Origin: the human T2T-CHM13v2.0 reference genome, Homo sapiens
Reading direction: 5' to 3' (one strand)
Length of the DNA stretch: 64,000 bases
NCBI RefSeq assembly: GCF_009914755.1
Contig: NC_060938.1
Within the stretch, counting starts at the first letter, position 1. Each line of letters opens with the position of its first letter. Shown here piece after piece: positions 26,550 to 38,000 of this stretch. The notes beneath the pieces were generated by a model, which was given only the letters and a program-made list of their open reading frames with translations, was not told the origin of the DNA and made no database searches. The position numbers and the translations under genes are program-made.

Positions 26550-27923
26550 ATGTTCTCTAGTATTTGTTTTACTTTATTGTATTTGTTTGATTCAATATAG
26601 CAAATGCTTCTTTAGACTTACCCACATGTTTATATATATATTACTGTTTTGCCTCCATTGAACATGCCTTCTACTTCCTAATTTGTGCCAGAATTGACTA
26701 GTAGATGCTATGAATGCATCATGCTCTTTGGCCCATTTCGAACACTCAGGTATGTCTGTACTCTTAGTTCATCTATTCATCATTGCTTCTACAGTTCCCT
26801 CATGCTTTAAAAGATATGTGGCTTTTATAATTTATCCAGCTTTTTCTTGTCATTTTAATAAGAGTATGTGTCTTATACAACTACTACATTCATCCCAGAA
26901 GTAGAAGCAAACTATTATAATCCCATTATTTTTATTCCTACTATTCTCTTTTCAGAATTTCTTTTAGATATTCCTTGGATAGTTTTATTCAATCCTCCAT
27001 GTCTTTCAGCTTATCTTATGTTCTATCTTTTGGTTCATATTCTGCATTCTGGATAATTCTTTATCTTCACTTGCTAGTTTGTTGATATTCCTTTTGGTGA
27101 CTATAAGCTGCTCTTTAAAATGGTCAATAATGTGTAAGATGTTTATTATCTTGCCCTTTGCAGAAAAAAATTTTCAGCTTTTGCTCTGGAATGATTTTGC
27201 ATCTCTTCCACCAAACTTCCAGTGTATCAATGGCCAGAAAATAATCTATATGTTAATTTGTTAATTTGATGCTTCATGGCTCAAGGCTGTATAATTTATA
27301 AGTTTGAAGTCAAACAACACATGATGGATAATCCTGATGTTACAGATTCTCAGGGGAGAATATGTATTTGTTTTTTCTACCAATTGTTCTAGTATTTACA
27401 GACAAACTTCTTAATTGTACTGGGTTGGTTAATAAGTATTTTTATTTACTCTTTCAATCTAGGTCCAGCTATGCATCACCCCTTCGCTGATGAGCCTTAA
27501 GAAAATCCAAATTTATAAATTGCTGGGTCCATCTCTCTTTCCATCCGGAAAAGTCAGAGCAACTGGTCTTGCTGGTTTTAAGTGTTGCCTGTGTTTCTGG
27601 CATTGGTAATTTTCTTTGTTTTCCTGTAGTTTTAGGTATACATATATAATGACATCTCCAAAATTCATCAATATTAGCATTTGTTATGAAGATTTTTCAG
27701 GCAGCTGGCTTACCATATGGCCTAAATCTGATTCTAAAGTCCACGTTTCACTTTCTCAAATATAAAAACTGCTTGCTAATAAGCATTAGAAAAATATTTT
27801 GAAGAAGAACATTTTGATAAATATGATTGTACAATATTCACTGCAGTAAATAACCATTGCATACTCAAAGGAGTTTCATTTGCATATATAACATGAGATG
27901 AAAACCAATAATAAATGGTGACT

Positions 27924-28232
27924 TTTAATAAAATAGGTCAGAAATAGTATCTTGTGCAAATAATCTGATGCCAGAATAATTACCCCTCTAATTAGTAAAA
28001 TTCAATAAGAAGGTAGAATTTTCATTTACATGTGATCAAATAACTTTTTTTACAATACCTTTGCCTTTTGAATTCTTTAATAAAATACATCAGAAATAGT
28101 ATCTTGTGCAAATAATCTGATGTGAGAATAATTACCCCTCTAATTAGTAAAATTCAATAAGAAGGTAGAATTTTCATTTACATGTGATCAAATAACTTTT
28201 TTTACAGTACCTTTTGCCTTTTGAATTCTTTA
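27924..28232. repeat. Tandem duplication, 2 x ~152 bp
   Basis: TCAGAAATAGTATCTTGTGCAAATAATCTGATG at 27938 and 28090; near-identical through GAATTCTTTA. Confidence 0.97.
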
Positions 28233-28984
28233 TTGTTTTCATTTAAGAAATGTGGAAATCTGAAACAAACTATATTCTCAATCATGTTAGAAAAAGTATA
28301 TGTAATATGTATTTTTTAAATGTCCAGTGGCTAAGAACTTAGACTGGGTTTTGAAATAATAATTTCCTAACACAGTTTCTCAGTATGTTTCCTCTAGGCA
28401 AGAGAAAACTCTGTAATTATAAGATTCTTAATTTACCCTGGTAATTTCAAAAGAAAAATGATTAATTACTTTGAGCAATCAGTTATACAGATAATCATGG
28501 TTCTTTATTTAAACCACAAAAAATAGAAAGAAAGCAGAGAAGCTTAAGCATAAAACATAAAGAAAAATTCAGTCATTTAGTAAAAATGAAATCAGTGTTA
28601 AAATATTTCTTTTGACACAGTCAGCTAACATCTTTCTATTTTTGCTGAGTAACTATTAATTATATTTTAAGTTCAACTAACTCTTGACACAGCAATGGAA
28701 TTTGAAGTGAATATACTACTTTAAAAAATAAATGGTGTATTTAGAGTGTTGACATTTAGAAAATGATAGTTTTGTGAAATTTGCAATGTGTTTTAGAATT
28801 ACAAATGCTAAAGTAAATGAATGCATGATTATATTTAATCGAATAAAAACAGAAGAATTTTTTAAGTCTTGACGACCCAAGGCAGGGTTCTGTTTTAAGT
28901 ATTCCCCTTTCAATCAACGTTACAGCTATCCTAACTTAAAACTGCTTCAACTAATAATATGTATTTATATTAAAAATGTAATCC

Positions 28985-29156
28985 ATGGCTCTGAACTCTG
29001 GCTTCCTAGTAGAATCACATGGCAAGATTTTAAGTAATACTCATTTCTTGGCTCTACTAAAGTCCAATTAAAACAGAACTTCAGTTTTTAGAAACAGGTG
29101 TGGGTAGTTTGAATGTTCCACATTATTCTAAGATGTGGGTGAGATTAAGAACCAGT
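28985..29156. mobile_element. MER5-family hAT MITE
   Basis: TAGAATCACATGG..ATTAAAACAGAA..TTAAGAACCAGT resemble the MER5A/B consensus. Confidence 0.5.
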
Positions 29157-29160
29157 AAGC

Positions 29161-29863
29161 ACACCAGTCAGAATGGCTATTATTAAAAAGTCAAAAAATA
29201 GCAGGTGCTGGTAAGGTTGCAGAGAAAAAGGAACACTATACACTGTTAAAGAGAATGTAAATTAATTCAGCCATTGTGGAAAACAGTGTGGTGATTCCTC
29301 AAAGACCTAAAAACAGAACTACCATTAGACCCAGCAATCCCATTACTGGGTATATATCCAAAGGAATATAAATTGTTCTATTATAAAGACACACGCACAC
29401 ATATGTTCACTGCAGCACTATTCACATTAACAAAGACATGGAATAGACCTAAATGGCCATCAATAGTAAAGACTGGATAAATAAAATGTTGAACATATAC
29501 ACCAGGGAATAAGATGTAGCCATAAAAAGGAACGAGATCATGTGTTTTGAAGGAATATGGATGGAATTGAAGGCCATTATCCTTAGCAAATCAATGTAGG
29601 AACGAAAAAACAAATGCCACATTCTCTCACTTGTAAGTGCAAGCTAAATGATGAGAACACATGCACACAAAGAAGGGAACAACAGACACTGGGCCCTACA
29701 AGAGGGCAGAAGGTCGGGGGAGGGAGACCATCTGGAAAAATAACTAATGAGTCATAGGCTTAATGCCTGGGTAATGAATTAATCTGTAAAACAAACCCCC
29801 ATGATGCAAATGTATTTATATAACAAACCTGCACATGTACCCCTGAAATTAAAGGTTAAAAAA
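29161..29863 (+). mobile_element. 5'-truncated L1PA (about L1PA13-16) 3' end
   Basis: ACACCAGTCAGAATGGCTATTATTAAAAAGTC..ACAAACCTGCACATGTACCCCTGAA plus A-tail; degenerate TSD AAGAAcCAGtaAGC / AAGAAaCAGggAGC. Confidence 0.92.
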
Positions 29864-29924
29864 AAGAAACAGGGAGCATTGCTAGGCTATATTTAGTAAG
29901 CACCAACTGCGCATACTTAACCTA

Positions 29925-30028
29925 TAAAATGCCTAAAATATAGATAGTAAAAATGCCTAAAATATAGATAGTAAAAATATATAGATAGTAAAAAAAATAT
30001 AGATAGTAAAAAAATATAGATAGATAGA
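29925..30028. repeat. Minisatellite with core AATATAGATAGTAAAA
   Basis: Five consecutive TATAGATAG cores; the first two units include ATGCCT. Confidence 0.9.
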
Positions 30029-31253
30029 GTGACATAAAACAAGAATTCAGATATAGCAGTTGTTTTTATTTGTTTAAGAATAAATTCAAAATTCAGAATT
30101 ATAATTGTATACTCTTATAAGAGAAAACAGATTCATTTTATATAAAATATATTGTGCTAATTTACACACTTTTTGATCCCTAATAATAAATACAACTCTG
30201 TTAGATGGCTTAAAAGCAATCTTTACATTGCTTAGAGAACGTTAAATATCAATTGTGTATTTAAATTTTCTACTTATATGAAAGCATGCTATTTTTCCTT
30301 AACTTTGGGTAAATAATTTTATGGTGTGATTAAACCGATCTGACTTTTTGAAAAAGGGCATGTTTTTTAATGAAATATAAAAGAGTTGTAATTTTAGTTA
30401 TTCAGTGTTGCGCAAACCTACTTTTTTGGCTTCATTTGCAAAAGGTTGTTGGATAACCTTTATCTTTTACCACTAACTTCTTACTCTGATCCAAAATATT
30501 TGGCTTTTAAAATTCTCCTTATTTCATTATTTGTCTTCATATTTAAAATATCTTCTGTGATATTTCACTTCTAATTTTTTAATATTTTTACATGAAAAGA
30601 GATGAATACTGATACCCCTGATTTTTAAGAGATGATTTTTATTGCCCTGTTAATTTGGAAATAAACATGCGATAATATGATTTTAAAATGCTAAAGTGGA
30701 GCTCTAGTAATTCAACTGAAAATAGCATTATGAATAAACTATACTGTGGCAATTCTTTAACATAATAAAGGAGGACATCAACAGAGCAGAAAATTGATGA
30801 ATTTTGGAATATATGAAGCATGTTGTATCAAATTGCCAGAGAAAGTAATGATTTTCTGTTACTGAACTTAGGTCACAAAGCCTACTGCCTGCTAATCGGC
30901 AAGTGGACCTGTTTCTCTAACAATGGCCCGAAACTTCACAACATCAAAGGAGAAATCATTGCCAGCAAAAGCATTTCCGGGTAGTAGGAAAGAATACAAG
31001 TGAATAACATTAGTCCAGAAGTTTTAATAATATTCTTTGCTGGTTGAAATTCATGTTTAATATGATGTAAATTACTTGATAAGCAAATTAAGAACTATGC
31101 TACTACAGACTCCAAATAAGACGCAAGAAAAATGAGGGGAAATACATTAAAGGAAGATCTTAAAAAACAGCTGCACAGAAGATAAATTATTTTTCCAGGA
31201 GTTTTAAACATAGTTGCTTTTGTTTGTTTGCTTTGCTGTTTTTTCTTAATAAT

Positions 31254-31591
31254 TGTTTTAGTAAGCTCAGGCTGCTATATAAAAATAAGATAGGCGCTGG
31301 TCTGAACAATAGACATTTATTTCTTATAGTTCTTGAACCTGGCAAGTCTGAGGAGGGTCATCTTCTGGGCTTTCAAAGGGCTGCCTTTTTCCTATGTACG
31401 TACATAGCGAATAGAAAGTGTTAGCTCTCTGGTCTCTTCCTGTAAGAGCATTAATCCCATCATGAAGACCCCATCCTTATGGGCTCATCTAAACCTAATT
31501 ACTTCCAAAGGTCCCACCTCCAAATGCTAACACATTGAGAGTTAAGGCTTCAATATATTAATTTTGGGGAAACAAGACACAGTCCATATCA
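31254..31591 (-). mobile_element. MLT1A-type MaLR LTR
   Basis: CAGGCTGCTAT..CATTTATTTCTTATAGTTCT..CCCACCTCCAAAT..CAGTCCATA. Confidence 0.8.
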
Positions 31592-31770
31592 AATATATAT
31601 ATATATATATGTAATATATATGTATAATATATATGCATACTATATATGTATATAATATGTATGTATAATATATATACAAATATATATAATATATATTACA
31701 TATACCCAAATATATATATTATATATATTTGTATATATATTATATATGTTATGTAATACAACTATATACA
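31592..31770. repeat. (TA)n-rich tract containing a perfect 33-bp inverted repeat
   Basis: Arms 31664-31696 and 31712-31744 are exact reverse complements. Confidence 0.9.
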
Positions 31771-31791
31771 CTCTACAAAGGCAGTGGAATA

Positions 31792-32118
31792 TAGACATAC
31801 TTCAATTGATTGTGCTTTGCTTCACTTGGCTTCACAGATAATGTGTTTTTCACAAATTGAAGGTTTATGACCACCCTGCATCAAGCAACTTTATTGGCAC
31901 CACTTTTTAATAGCATGTGTTCATTTGTATCTCTGTGCCATATCTAGGTAAATCTCACAATATTTCAAACTTTTTAATTATAATTATATTTGATATGATA
32001 ATCTGTAACCAGTGACCTTTGATGTTACTATTGTAATTGTTTTGGGCACCATGAACCACATCCATATAAGACAATGAATTTAATCAATAAATGTGTGTGT
32101 TCTGACTGCTCCGCCAAC
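31792..32118 (+). mobile_element. Tigger1 5' end fragment
   Basis: ACAAATTGAAGGTTT..CCCTGCATCAAGCAA..TTTGATGTTACTATTGTAATTGTTTTGGG..TGTGTTCTGACTGCTCC match Tigger1. Confidence 0.88.
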
Positions 32119-32176
32119 TTAGACAATTAGTTTTAGATCTTTTATTTAGACGATGAGAAAATTTAAACTATAAATA

Positions 32177-32477
32177 GGCCAGGTCTCGTGGCTTATGCCT
32201 GGAATCCCAGCATTTTGGGAGGCTGAGGTGGGAGGCTCACTGGAGGCCAGGAGTTCAAAACCAGCCTGGGCAACATAGGGAGACCTTAGCTCTACAATTG
32301 AAAAAAAAATAGCCAGGTGTGGTCATGGTGGCACCTGTCTGTATTCCAGCCACTTGGGAGGCTGAGGCAGGAGGTTTGCTTGAGTCCAGGAGTTTGAGGT
32401 TGCGGTGAGCTACACAATGAGCTATGGTGGCACTACTACACTCCAGCCTGGGCCATAGAGTAAGGCCCTGTCTCTAA
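32177..32477 (+). mobile_element. AluJ lacking an A-tail
   Basis: AluJ diagnostics (CCAGGAGTTTGAGG, CCTGGGCAACATAGGGAGACC); ends CTGTCTCTAA. Confidence 0.92.
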
Positions 32478-32975
32478 CTGGAAGTCCAAAGAGGGATCTA
32501 CTTCCAAGACTATTAATTTAATAGATCAATAAATTAATCAAGAATATGATTTTTTTCTCATCTTTCTTTGTAGTCATATTTTATACAGACTTTTTGTTTA
32601 AGTAATCTCTCTTTATGGGCAGACAATGATTTCAGAAACACCACAAATTATTCTCAAAAAGAAAAGACGAGGATTTTTTTTTTTTTAGAAAATGTAACTC
32701 TTTTCAGTAGCTCTTGGCAGACCTACCCTCACATTTTCTTGACTAAAAGCAGTCATTAAAAAAAGTCAGTCACAAACAGGTGAATTTAAATTATCATGGT
32801 TTACCTATAGTTAACAAGCTTTATCCTCAGAGGTAAGGATAGGGTTACTTTCCTGAATTTTAGATATGTGGAAATATTTGGAGTTATGTCAATAAATGAA
32901 AAAGTATGATGGATATAGTGCTTGCCATGGAATATATCAAATACAGATATTCTGAAAACTTTAAGTTCAGTAATA

Positions 32976-33590
32976 TGCCAGGGGTTCCCAAGACCACTTG
33001 AGACCTGGTAATTAACTGGAAATCTCTAAGGGAATCAGAAGCTGTAGTACTCATTGTTACAGTATATTACAGTAAAAACAGTACAGATAGAAGTCAGCTA
33101 AGAGAAAAGACAAATGAAGTGAACTCCAGGAGAAACCAAGTCCAAGCTCTCAGGTGTCCCCTCCCAGAGCAGTTGCATGAGGACATGTTTAATTATCCCA
33201 GCAACAATATGTAAAGTGCAAAGCATTGCCAACCAGGAACACTCGCTGGAGCCTAGTTGTCGAAGGTGTTTACTGGGATCAGTCACATAGTCATGTAATG
33301 CCCATATGATTGACCTCAGCTCCATGACATTTAAGCACAACTTTCTTCCTACACCCAGAGTAAAAACAGATGTTCACATAAGTCACGTTGATAACATAAC
33401 CTTTTCTGGTCGAACTGGGAGAGTATGGCCCAAGACTTCAGGAAAACAAGAACACTTTTATCAAGCAAAATACTCCAAGGGCTCAGAGATGAACTCCTAG
33501 ACTAAGGTCTAGTCCTGCAGAGGGACCCCTCTTTGGAATGTACAGTATTTGAGCAATTCATGCCAGTCAAGTTAAACCTTTTCACCCATG
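32976..33590 (-). mobile_element. MER21-family LTR
   Basis: GGGGTTCCCAAGACCAC, CCAGGAGAAACCAAG..AAGCT, TTGCCAACCAGG, TCAGTCACATAG, TTTGGAATG signature. Confidence 0.75.
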
Positions 33591-33639
33591 CCTAAATGCT
33601 ATTTAAGAAATGTAAATAACAACGATGAGATAGTTTATT

Positions 33640-34240
33640 AAACATTTTTATTGTAATACACAAATAGTATATAGTTAATTAATTTTAACAAAGTGATTGT
33701 ACATATTTCACAATAAAATTCCCTTAAATTACCATCTGCTCCATCTGCAAGTAATTATTATTCTGATTGCTAATAACATAGACTTTTTTAACCTATTTTT
33801 GAACTTTTATAATAGAATTAAACAATATATATTCTTTTCTGGATGGCTTCTCTTACTCAGAAATGTATTTGGGAGAGTCATCAAAGCTCTCTTGGGTATA
33901 CCATTTATCCTTCTTGCTTGATAATACTCCATGTATTTATATATATGCTATGATGTGTTTATTTCACTCTTGATGGATAACTGCAAAACTTCCAATTTAA
34001 GCTGTTGTGAATAATTCTTTAATAAACAATTTTGTACATTTCCTGAATATGTTTATGTGTTCCTGTTGGATGATAGTAGCAGAATTATTGGTCACAGGGT
34101 ATGCATATACTTAATTTTAACAGATAAGGTCAAATACTTTCCAAATTCATTTTAACAATTACAGTCAACCTGCATTGTTTTAGAGCCCCGATTGCAGGGT
34201 CATTTTGGATTAGTTTGTCTTTCTCTTGTTGATTTTAATG
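33640..34240 (-). mobile_element. Ancient L1ME-type 3' fragment
   Basis: TTTTTGAACTTTTATAATAGAAT..TGGCTTCTCTTACTCA..AGAATTATTGGTCACAGGGTATGCATAT. Confidence 0.6.
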
Positions 34241-34245
34241 GATAG

Positions 34246-35009
34246 TGTTAGGCTGTAAATAAAGTTATTTATGCATAGTAAGAACTTTCTCAACAAATTT
34301 TACTCAGACTTCTGCTCTACGCTAAGAACTAGCTCTGGAAATTAATTCACAGAAAGAACATGGTTAGGGGCCATCCTGAGGGATTTACCTCACTAGGGAT
34401 ATATATTTACATTTCAAGAGAAGATGAGACCCAGTAGATGCATCCCAGAAGTTACAAAGCTGGAGACTCTAGTGTTATCTTTCCCCTAGAGAGATTTATT
34501 TTTATCCAAATGGTTAAAGTAAGAACTCAGATTTTTTTCCGTTTTGTGACTATGGAGACACACTCAGAAGGGGGTCAAGAGCAACTGGGTCACTCTTCCA
34601 CAAAAACGCTCAGGTTCTTTTTTCCAGAGTTCTTTGCCTACAGCAGATCCCCTTACATGAAGGACATCTGGTTCTCACCACATCACCACCACGGTAAGAA
34701 TTAGTGGAAAGGAGAGCTAGGTTAAGGGCAGCTGTTTCTTTCCTTCTCTGCAGCCTCTGGTACCAAGTACTGCATGACATGTGTCTCACAACATTCTCTG
34801 CCTCTGCACCTCTGTGCTACAACACTGGATGAATCTATGGAGTGAGCAATAGAAAGTCTCTGAACTGCCAGAAACAACTTCATTTTACATGGAAGTGGCT
34901 TTAAATCAAACACATTAACCTCAATGAACTGAAATTAAATATGTCTCTATTCAACTTCCCCTTAGCTGAATACTAAAAGTGTTGTAGGCTGGACCCGCAC
35001 TACCTGACA
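34246..35009. mobile_element. Probable solo LTR, family not recognised
   Basis: GC-richer 764-bp block bounded by TGTTAGG...CCTGACA (6/7 inverted termini). Confidence 0.4.
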
Positions 35010-35352
35010 GGGAGATAAATGACTAAAGGCAAATGGGAGTCAAAACAGGTGTGGCTTTTCTTATTTTTAATTAAGCATCTTACATAGCAAATTTTGCAAA
35101 ACTCATATGACCCCGAGAAAGACCCATACATATGAAAGGTCTTAAAGATTTAACTTTCTTAGCTTTAACGTAAGCTTTCCACTGGATTTTCCCATTACAC
35201 TCATTCCATAAAGAAATGAAATAATCATATATCTCATTATATAATTATACTAAATTGATCTCAACACATTTTCTTAGCAATATATACCAACATTGTTTCC
35301 AATATTGTTTATTACAAATGATGCTACAGTTGAAATCTTTATATCTGAACGC

Positions 35353-35353
<1 letters not shown>

Positions 35354-35392
<39 letters not shown>
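35354..35392. repeat. (TG)19 microsatellite
   Basis: Perfect TG dinucleotide run. Confidence 0.97.
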
Positions 35393-35394
<2 letters not shown>

Positions 35395-37697
35395 CTATTC
35401 TGTGTATAATACTGATTTTATTTATTTGTATAGGCCTGGAAGTGGAAATACTGTGACATAAAATAGAGGCACAGCAAATTATTCAAGATGTCGACAAACA
35501 GCATTGTTTCCAAGTTTTTGTTCCCTTACAATCCTTGCCATTGGCCAATTTCTCAAAATCCCGTGTTGCTTAACATTTAGTAGCTTAGTAAATATTTTAA
35601 ATCTCAGAGATTTTACCCAACTGATACCAGGGTTTTTAAAATTTGTTTATATAGATTAAGCGTCTTTGAAGAAATAACAGTATGCAAAAAATATGGTCGC
35701 TATTCTTCATGTTAAAACTATCTTAAACACTTTTCCAGAGGAAAAAATAACAAAATAGAAACCAATGAAGGTCTTTTGCTTGGTGATTACATATATTGAT
35801 TACCTGTGTAAGTTAAACAGATTGGGAAAAGGAAATATCCAAAATTGTGCCTAGATTATATCATGACATCATGTATATATGTAAATAAGTTAATTTTTGC
35901 AATCGCAACATAGAGAAAAATGTTATTTTAAATGAAAAAAATAAATAGAACATAAAGTAATATTTCAGCATATTAAATTTAGGAGTAAAAACCTTTGACA
36001 TCCCTGAAAATCTTTGGTAAAAAGTCCAGATTATGATAACTTGGCTTTAATGAACTAGGAAATAGATGGATAATAGCACACACATTTTTAGCATTGTAGG
36101 GATTATTTTCACTGGTTGTAGGATCAACAAACTTGGTTTAAATAATGGTTCTGAGAATTTAATTAATTAATTTAATACATTTTTGTTAGGAAAATAAATT
36201 CATTTCTAGACACAGGATATTTTACAATTGGATCGTATTTCAAAAAAAGAATCACTGTGTTTTTAATGAACAAATGTCACATAAAGAAGTCTTTTCAAAA
36301 AGTGCTTCAAAAACTTAAATTTGAAATATATGCAACGGATCCACAAGGTATCTAATAATTTTTATTTTTACCAAGCTCATGAGTAAGTTACTTAGCCCTG
36401 AAACAGTTTCGGAGAAAAAAAAAGTGTTTTAGTTTCTTCATCTGTAAAATATTTATGTGGCAAATGATTGAGCAAATATATAAATTTAAGCAGTTTGATC
36501 CTAGAACTTGTTGTGTTTAAGAATATGGATTATTGAGAAGTACTTCACCATAGTATTTATCACATAGTATGTCCTAATTTAAGATTAAGTATGGTTGTAA
36601 TCATAATAAAGTATTTTGAAAATTCTTTTGAAAACTGTTTTAATGAATTATAGATTGAACACTGAGATAAGATGGGGTTATCCATGATCTTTAAGACAGC
36701 AAAATTAGGTCTTGAAATTAAAATTGAAATGAATATAATACACATATATTGATTTTATGTCGATGTTTTATAATCAAATCTGATTAGAAAAAGGAAATTG
36801 GTATAAAGGTTCTCCACATCTTCTCAGTCACCCGACTTCATTTTCTAAGGGAATTACATTACGTACTTTTATTTTATTTCTTGTTATATAGCAGTATCTT
36901 TTCCTTGATTTCTTGGCTTGCTTCTGCTCTCTTCTGCTATGCCTATCCATCAGTTTCCAGAGCTCAGAAAAACAGTTTTTAACAGCCTAATATATGTATT
37001 TGGCAATTTCCTCCCATAACTATGATTTAATATTCATGGCCACATAAAGGGTATAAAATATTTTGCACTTGGTGTATACACATTTTCTTTATATCACTTT
37101 ATCTTTCATCAATAACTCAATGGAAATCCCGTTAAGAGAATATGAATAGCTCTAGTTGGTATTCAATGTCTGCCTAACATTTCATGTTGACAAATTATCA
37201 TAAACTATTCAATAGAAGAATTTTACTAACAATATATCATTAACATTCTAAAATATTTTTGTATAATCTAGACTTTGGTGGGAACAAACCTTGGAACAAA
37301 CTGGTTCCAAGGTTTCTTGGAAGGGAGTGGTGAAAAAGAAATGGGGAAATTTATGTTTTTTGAATTTGTCAACTTATTGAGGAGGGGTAAGTAGAGAAAT
37401 TGACTAATTTGCTAAGACAATAGAAGGTATCTTTATTTCAAATAGTACTTGAAAATTATGCATCTAATTGTGAGGTCAAAAAATTGAAGATACCCCTTAA
37501 TAAAGAAATAAAGGATAGATCTTCCAAAATAACAAGGATGTAGTGGAATGAATAAAAATGTATCAAGTCAGCAGCAATAAGGTAAAAATATTAGAAAAGT
37601 AATGTTAAATAGTTGTCAGATGGAAGTATATATTTGAGCAAATATTTTGTTAAATAGATGACAAAAAGGTAATATTTATACATTACATATATGTGTT

Positions 37698-38000
<303 letters not shown>

